DNA of 57,787 bases from a virus (lineage: Duplodnaviria; Caudoviricetes). The translations under genes were made by a program, and so were the position numbers. Positions within the stretch are counted from its first letter, which is position 1. Each line of letters begins with the position of its first letter. The stretch covers positions 1 through 57,787 of IMG/VR virus record IMGVR_UViG_3300044918_000111, one strand, 5' to 3'. This document shows positions 49,506 to 57,787 of this stretch, piece by piece. The notes under the pieces are model-generated. The model searched no databases, was not told the DNA's origin, and saw only the letters and a program-made list of their open reading frames with translations.

Positions 49506-49593
49506 TGTCGCATCTACTCAGGCCCCATGCGACGGCGGGGTGGACGACTCCCTTGGCGCGAACAGATACGCGCATCCCGGAAGCTCCTGAGGT

Positions 49594-49872
49594 CTATGCG
49601 ATGTCGTAGCCCATGTCCTTGAGGGCGTCCGCGTGTGATTTGTGTGCGGCGAATCCGATCTCGCCCCAGTCGGCAATCTCGCCGTCCTCGGTCGCAGGGA
49701 ACACCATCGTTTCCGACGTGCGGTAGTTCGCGGGATGGAATCCTCCGAAGTCCAGATCGACCGCCGATGCGATGACCAGAACCGTTTCGTCTTCCATCGG
49801 GGGGTCGAGGCGATACAGCGCCGCATCGCCTCGGAAACCGGTCAAGCTTCGAACCTTCGTTGCAGTACCCAT
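49594..49872 (-). CDS. Hypothetical protein bracketed by tRNA-like elements
   Basis: 92 aa with a GAGGTG RBS. Confidence 0.75.
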   Translation of the reverse strand: MGTATKVRSLTGFRGDAALYRLDPPMEDETVLVIASAVDLDFGGFHPANYRTSETMVFPATEDGEIADWGEIGFAAHKSHADALKDMGYDIA

Positions 49873-49901
49873 CTCTCACCTCTTTCATGCAGTACTTCTG
49901 C

Positions 49902-50290
49902 GTGCGCCCGGTGGAGTCGAACCACCGCTTAGACCGTCAGCGCTCCCGGGCCGTTCCTAACGAGTCGTCAGCACGCCTCTACGTGCCTCGTCGTCGTGTG
50001 CAGACTCACCGCGCCGAATGGCATGAGGAACGGTGAACGCATAGCTCCCAGGACAAACTTGTGCGCACCCTCAGGTGCGTCTTTCCCTTCGACCCCCAGA
50101 TCCCCGGCACCACTATCGCCCGGTTCACCAGCGCTCACACCCAAACAGGTGCCTCGCTTACGTGGGTTGTATTCGTCATCCGCATCGAAGCCGAGCCGTG
50201 GAGGGCCAGGGCGTAACGGTTGAGTTGTAATCGCCCCGAAGGGTCGACGAGTAGCGGGTAAATCAGTGCGACCTACCAGCCGGATCAGAT
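49902..50290 (-). ncRNA. Candidate structured ncRNA ending in a T-arm
   Basis: No credible ORF; several helices, a C(UUCG)G loop, GGTGG-TTCGACT-CCACC. Confidence 0.5.
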
Positions 50291-50298
50291 GTCGGGGA

Positions 50299-50457
50299 TC
50301 AGCCGGGGTGGTGCCCAGTCCTCTCAAGGACGTCCAGGCCCGTCAGAGACTCAGGGTCAGGGTCCGGGGCTGCGTCACGCAGAATCAGGACGATCAGCAG
50401 CGTCCACAGGAAGATCGCCAGGGGGACGAACAGCCACGGAGAAATGGTGTCGATCAT
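50299..50457 (-). CDS. 52-aa membrane protein (below the ORF-track cutoff)
   Basis: MIDTISPWLFVPLAIFLWTLLIVLILR…; ATGA-coupled. Confidence 0.6.
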   Translation of the reverse strand: MIDTISPWLFVPLAIFLWTLLIVLILRDAAPDPDPESLTGLDVLERTGHHPG

Positions 50458-50852
50458 GAGTCGCCCCCTACGATCGGGGAATGACAGTAGACATTCACTA
50501 CGACGGCAGGACGTTCACCGAGGTCTCGGCCACCGCCGAAGAGGTGTACGCGGGACTTCAAGAAATCGTTGAGTCCGACGCCCGACACGGAATCTTCGAG
50601 ATCATCACCGCGACCGGCTCCGTCGGCATCTACGTCAGCCCGCACATTCCCGTCGCGGTCGAGACCGGAGCGCCAAACCCGAGTCCTGGAACGAAGCCGA
50701 TCATCAGACGCATCCGCTGACACCATCGCTGCCTGGATCTCATCAGCACGACGCCGAACGGCATCCTGCATCATCCGCCTCTCGACGAGCTCGACAGCCC
50801 GATCCTCGACCTCGCCCGTGTCAGGGGTGAACACCCACGCCTCGCCGGTCAT
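50454..50852 (-). CDS. Hypothetical 'bridge' ORF overlapping an antisense gene
   Basis: ATGA-coupled at both ends. Confidence 0.5.
   Translation of the reverse strand: MTGEAWVFTPDTGEVEDRAVELVERRMMQDAVRRRADEIQAAMVSADASDDRLRSRTRVWRSGLDRDGNVRADVDADGAGRGDDLEDSVSGVGLNDFLKSRVHLFGGGRDLGERPAVVVNVYCHSPIVGGDS
50481..50720 (+). CDS. Leaderless antisense gene
   Basis: TACGAT, 6 nt, ATG; 79 aa with globular-looking composition. Confidence 0.65.
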   Translation: MTVDIHYDGRTFTEVSATAEEVYAGLQEIVESDARHGIFEIITATGSVGIYVSPHIPVAVETGAPNPSPGTKPIIRRIR

Positions 50853-51574
50853 GCTGACACCGCCGCGCGGACCGTCAGCCCGAGCTTCTGAGCGATGAAG
50901 GGGATGCCAGTCGGGCGAACCTTCGTCGTCTCGTAGGCGTGCCCGTTCTTGGAACCGGGGACGATCACGAAGTGGTGTGCGTACCGCTGGTATGGCCTGG
51001 TTCCGGTCGCCATGATGACGCCGTGGCCACGCAGCATCCGGTACAGGGTGTTCCTGCCGACGCCGAGGATGTTCCCGACCGCGCCCACCTGGTAGTACCC
51101 GTCAGCATCCATCCACTGGTCGTAAGCATCCACCTTGGGCGCATCGGCAGTGATCTTCGCTTCCAGCGCCTCGGTGCGCTCGACGTTCTCCGCAAGCTGC
51201 CGCAGCGCGTCCGCATACGACTTCGGCAACGCGTGCTCGACCTCCACCTGACGAAACTCGCCAGTGCGACGAATCTGCGGCAGAACCTCATGCGTCACCC
51301 AGCGCTTAAACTCGACCGCGCCAGGAACCCGAGACTGGAAGATCAACTCGTACAGGCCAGCCTCGCTGACAGTCTTCGCGGACTGAGTACGCCCCATCGA
51401 GTCGATGATGTCGGCAATGCCGACCCCATCCTGATCAAGCCGGCTGATCGCATCACGGCCATTCCCGAGACCGAGAGCATGGGTCACGTCAGCGGCCACG
51501 AACCATGGCTCGCCGTCAACGATGACCGTCCGCACCTGCTGGCCGGCGTACTGGAAGATGTCGAGGGCGGTCAT
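50849..51574 (-). CDS. BRO-N / ANT-C antirepressor
   Basis: GEPWFVAADV, SEAGLYELI, FKRWVTHEVLPQIRRTG, DAPKV. Confidence 0.93.
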   Translation of the reverse strand: MTALDIFQYAGQQVRTVIVDGEPWFVAADVTHALGLGNGRDAISRLDQDGVGIADIIDSMGRTQSAKTVSEAGLYELIFQSRVPGAVEFKRWVTHEVLPQIRRTGEFRQVEVEHALPKSYADALRQLAENVERTEALEAKITADAPKVDAYDQWMDADGYYQVGAVGNILGVGRNTLYRMLRGHGVIMATGTRPYQRYAHHFVIVPGSKNGHAYETTKVRPTGIPFIAQKLGLTVRAAVSA

Positions 51575-51771
51575 GACCGCACCTCCACTCGGCCAGCGTC
51601 GATGATTGCTTCGACCTCGGACCGCTTGTAGTAGACGGCGCGTGTCCCGGGCACCTTGTAGAACGGGTAGATGCGCCGCTCGTACCGCAGCTGCTTGAGG
51701 CGATCCAGAGATAGCTGGGTGAGTTCGGACGTTTCCTCCGGAGTGATCCGATCGTCGGATACGGCGCTCAT
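51571..51771 (-). CDS. Excisionase-like wHTH protein
   Basis: ITPEETSE…LRYERR…FYK…VYYKRSEVEA; second gene of the early operon. Confidence 0.7.
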   Translation of the reverse strand: MSAVSDDRITPEETSELTQLSLDRLKQLRYERRIYPFYKVPGTRAVYYKRSEVEAIIDAGRVEVRS

Positions 51772-52007
51772 GCTGCTACCGCCTGCCGCTGAAACTGCGG
51801 TGGCGTGAACATACTCGGAGAGACTCCCAGAGCGTCTGCAATGAGGAACAGCTCGGAGAATGAGAACTCTGTCTTCCCCGCGACCTTGCGGTTCAGAGTC
51901 GGGTACGGGATACCGGTTTCATCGGAGAGCGAGGTCTTGGATCGACCAGCGTCTGCGATGGCCCCTTGGACTGCCTTCGCGGTCCATTCGATGATCGGGT
52001 TGCTCAT
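51768..52007 (-). CDS. Cro-like HTH regulator
   Basis: LSDETGIPYPTLNRKV…IADALGV; divergent from the repressor. Confidence 0.85.
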   Translation of the reverse strand: MSNPIIEWTAKAVQGAIADAGRSKTSLSDETGIPYPTLNRKVAGKTEFSFSELFLIADALGVSPSMFTPPQFQRQAVAA

Positions 52008-52110
52008 GTGAACAATCTACGTGCTCATCTCGACATCCGTCAAGGCTTCTGCTATATCGATTCGGGCATTGCGGTTGTCCGATTTGATTAGTATGGTGTT
52101 CCCATGAACA
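52001..52110. promoter_or_regulatory. Lysis/lysogeny switch: two divergent leaderless promoters and five 14-bp operator-like sites
   Basis: TTGACG-18-TAGATT-6-ATG (cro); TTGCGG-17-TATGGT-6-ATG (repressor); related sites at 52001, 52022, 52055, 52076, 52097. Confidence 0.75.
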
Positions 52111-52523
52111 TTCGACAGCGCGCCGAAACCTTCTCCCGCTACGTGGGACTTGAGCTCAAGGGAAAGATCACTTCCCAGGAGTTCACCGCCAAAGCGGTGG
52201 CCGAGGGGATCGGGCGCCAGCCGGCAGCGTTTAATCGTTGGCTCAACGGCAAGGTGGAACTGCCGATGACAGTCCTGTGCGAGGTGTGCGAGTACATCGA
52301 CATTGAGCCCGCGAAGGTCGTTGAGGACGCATACGCACGACTGGCAGTGGAGTTCGGCGAACGCGACGGCCGAATCTACACAGGGTCAGACTTCGATGAG
52401 CTTGTGGACGGCGGAGAGAACGTCATCGGCAAGCCCGATGTCCCTGCTCCATCGGAAACTAGATCGGACTATGTACGGGTTGCGAAAAAGCGGTCCACAG
52501 ACCGGGGATGGGACCTTCAATGA
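52104..52523 (+). CDS. Immunity repressor (XRE HTH)
   Basis: TAKAVAEGIGRQPAAFNRWLNG; upstream of the ImmA-like gene and integrase. Confidence 0.85.
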   Translation: MNIRQRAETFSRYVGLELKGKITSQEFTAKAVAEGIGRQPAAFNRWLNGKVELPMTVLCEVCEYIDIEPAKVVEDAYARLAVEFGERDGRIYTGSDFDELVDGGENVIGKPDVPAPSETRSDYVRVAKKRSTDRGWDLQ

Positions 52524-52969
52524 TCGAGCATCTCTTTGATATGGCCGACACGCTCGGCGTAGTCATCGAGTACGGTGACCTGTCGCACCTCGAGCGCGAC
52601 GGCGACTACGACTTCGAGACACACACCATACGGCTGCAGGAAGGCGTCTCGTACCGCCTGCTCCGCTCCACCTTGGCGCACGAATTGTGCCACGCAGTGT
52701 TCGGGGACGTGCCGTCGAAGTTCGGCCCAGTGAACGCCAAGCAGGAGCGTCGAGCAGACGAGTGGGCGGCACTGCGGCTCATCGATCACCGCGAGTATCG
52801 AATCATCGAGGAGCACCGCGACGGGAACGTTCAACTCATCGCACAAGATCTTGACGTCACCGATGACATCGTGAAGGCGTACCAGCGAATACTGCTGCGC
52901 GTAGGTGAGAACGTCTACATCGGCCCCCGTCTGGGTTCCGGTCAATGGGAGTCGAAGGTGGCAGTCTGA
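52520..52969 (+). CDS. ImmA/IrrE-family metallopeptidase
   Basis: RSTLAHELCH (HExxH)…QERRADEWAA…IAQDLDV. Confidence 0.9.
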   Translation: MIEHLFDMADTLGVVIEYGDLSHLERDGDYDFETHTIRLQEGVSYRLLRSTLAHELCHAVFGDVPSKFGPVNAKQERRADEWAALRLIDHREYRIIEEHRDGNVQLIAQDLDVTDDIVKAYQRILLRVGENVYIGPRLGSGQWESKVAV

Positions 52970-54063
52970 TGGCCGGCACAGTCACTCCATACGAGACGGC
53001 GGCTGGCACGCGGTATCGCGTGCGCTATCGGAAACCGGATGGTGCGCAGACAGACAAGCGAGGGTTCACGACGAAGCGCGACGCCAGGCTGTTCCTCTCC
53101 ACAGTCCACGTGACGAAGGCCCGCGGCGAGTACATCGACCCCACGGACGGGAAGCGCCTCGTATCCGATCTCGCAGAGACATGGAAGCGGGCACGACTGG
53201 GGACCCTGAAGCCTTCATCACGCAACACAATGGAGACCGCCTGGCGCATCCACGTCGAGCCAGAGTGGGGTTCACGGAAGGTCAGCACGATCCGTCGAAG
53301 CGAGATCGCCGCATGGATCGGTGACCTGTCCGTCAAGAAGAAGAAGTCCGCTCAGACTGTCCGCCGCGCCATGCTCGTGCTATCCGGAGTTCTCGATGTC
53401 GCTGTTGACGATCGTGCCATTGGCTCGAACCCAGCGAAAGGGGTTGACCTTCCTGCGAAGCGTCGAAAGGAAGCGACTTATCTGTCCCACTCCCAGGTGG
53501 CCCATCTAGTGCGGGAAGTTCAGCATCCCGAACTGGTCGAGTTCCTGGCTTACACCGGGCTCCGATGGGGGGAAGCGGCGGCACTGCGCATTCGCAACGT
53601 CGACCTCAAGGCGCGCACGGCGTTGATCTCGGAGAACGCGGTACTTGTGAAGGGCGCGTACGAGCTCGGCACGCCGAAGTCTGGGAAGGCTCGCAAGATC
53701 GTGTTCCCCCAGTTCCTTGCTGACGGCCTTCTGCGGCTATCGAAAGACCGGGAGGGGTCAGAGTTCCTCTTCGGGGATTCGCAACCTCCCAGGTACCCTC
53801 ACGCCACGTCTGGCTGGCTTGTCGCTGCGGTCGCGTCCTGCCAGTTCGACGACCCGAAGTTTCCGAGCATAACCATGCACGATCTGCGGCACACGGCGGC
53901 GTCGTTGGCGATCTCGGCGGGAGCGAATGTGAAGGCGGTACAGCGGATGCTCGGGCATGCGTCGGCCGCGATGACGCTGGACGTCTACGCGGACCTCTTC
54001 GACGAAGATCTGGGCCACGTCGCGGACGCACTCACCAAGGCCAGATCGGACGCGCTCTCGTAG
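52969..54063 (+). CDS. Tyrosine integrase
   Basis: TGLRWGE, K, HDLRH, LGH, Y catalytic set; N-terminal arm-binding domain. Confidence 0.96.
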   Translation: MAGTVTPYETAAGTRYRVRYRKPDGAQTDKRGFTTKRDARLFLSTVHVTKARGEYIDPTDGKRLVSDLAETWKRARLGTLKPSSRNTMETAWRIHVEPEWGSRKVSTIRRSEIAAWIGDLSVKKKKSAQTVRRAMLVLSGVLDVAVDDRAIGSNPAKGVDLPAKRRKEATYLSHSQVAHLVREVQHPELVEFLAYTGLRWGEAAALRIRNVDLKARTALISENAVLVKGAYELGTPKSGKARKIVFPQFLADGLLRLSKDREGSEFLFGDSQPPRYPHATSGWLVAAVASCQFDDPKFPSITMHDLRHTAASLAISAGANVKAVQRMLGHASAAMTLDVYADLFDEDLGHVADALTKARSDALS

Positions 54064-54067
54064 AAAC

Positions 54068-54087
54068 GTGGGCAAAGTGTGGGCAAA
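54068..54087 (+). repeat. Tandem GTGGGCAAA, candidate integrase arm-type sites
   Basis: Exact copies at 54068-76 and 54079-87 (11-bp period), immediately after int. Confidence 0.65.
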
Positions 54088-54093
54088 CGCGAA

Positions 54094-54142
54094 GAAAGCC
54101 CCCACCTAACCGCTCATCACGAGCGAGCAGATGGGGGCTTTC
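54094..54142. terminator. Terminator between convergent int and nrdF
   Basis: 11-bp stem GAAAGCCCCCA/TGGGGGCTTTC with an inner hairpin. Confidence 0.75.
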
Positions 54143-54175
54143 GTTCTTAGGAATATCGCTCCCGATCAGCGATTT

Positions 54176-57371
<3,196 letters not shown>

Positions 57372-57787
57372 CGATCCAATCCGTCGCTCACGCGATCAAC
57401 ATCGTCTTGCGTGCCGAATACTTCGAGCCGGTACAAGTGCGGCACATGACACTTGCGGCTGATGATGTCGCCGGCGACGCAGAACGCGTCGCCGAAGTTG
57501 GTGTTGCCTGCGGAGATCACTCCCCTGATGTGATGCCGGTTGCGCTCGTCGTTGAGGAACCGGATCACCTGCTTGGGAACAGCGCCCTTCTCCTCGCCCC
57601 GGCCCTGCCCGCCGCCGTAGGTCGGAGTGACGAGGACGAAGGGCTCATCGACGACCAGCGGCTCATCCGCGCGGTGCAGCGGGATGCGGCGAGCCGGCAG
57701 GCCGAGCTTCTCGATGAACCTGGCCGTGTTGCCCGAGGTGCTGGAGAAGTAGACCAGGAGCGGCGCGGCGGTTGCGACAGCGCTCAT

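Larger units (their letters stand above)
1..54175. mobile_element. Temperate siphovirus prophage (left boundary outside the window or not recognised)
   Basis: Complete integration/immunity, replication, packaging, head, tail and lysis modules in canonical order; ends next to the nrdF stop codon. Confidence 0.95.

Noticed and set aside
49455-49536. Canonical full-length tRNA using GCCGTCG as the 5' strand
   Set aside because: The 47-nt interior gives neither a D arm nor a 5-bp/7-nt anticodon arm.
49902-50290. Phage tmRNA
   Set aside because: Size is similar, but there is no GGGG 5' end, no G3.U70 alanine acceptor, no CCA and no clear tag ORF.

Overview
The window is almost entirely a ~54 kb temperate siphovirus prophage in a high-GC actinobacterium (Microbacteriaceae-like, inferred from gene content). 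It abuts the 3' end of the host class Ib ribonucleotide reductase operon nrdI-nrdE-nrdF (54176-57787, minus strand). From right to left it contains: a plus-strand immunity/integration cassette (repressor, ImmA-like protease, tyrosine integrase); a divergent minus-strand early operon (Cro, Xis, BRO antirepressor, sortase-type surface protein, RecE-like nuclease with a Rad52/Sak-like annealase, Pnk + Rnl1 RNA-repair pair, replication initiator, SNF2 helicase, DNA MTase, RuvC, SSB, ASCH, many small ORFs); tRNA-Thr; cos/terminase, head, tail and lysis modules; and small accessory genes at the left end. I did not find the left att site in the window. The most unusual signals are in RNA and gene architecture. 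(1) A 51-nt tRNA-like element with a perfect acceptor stem, T-arm and ACCA but no anticodon arm, and a second larger tRNA-like structured RNA, together bracket one small ORF in a phage that also encodes tRNA-repair enzymes and a candidate RNase. (2) A set of leaderless genes, two of them nested antisense inside translationally coupled 'bridge' ORFs of the lytic operon. (3) RBS-occluding RNA structures lie ahead of the tail-chaperone and scaffold genes. All product calls come from motif recognition and synteny by eye; no searches were run.
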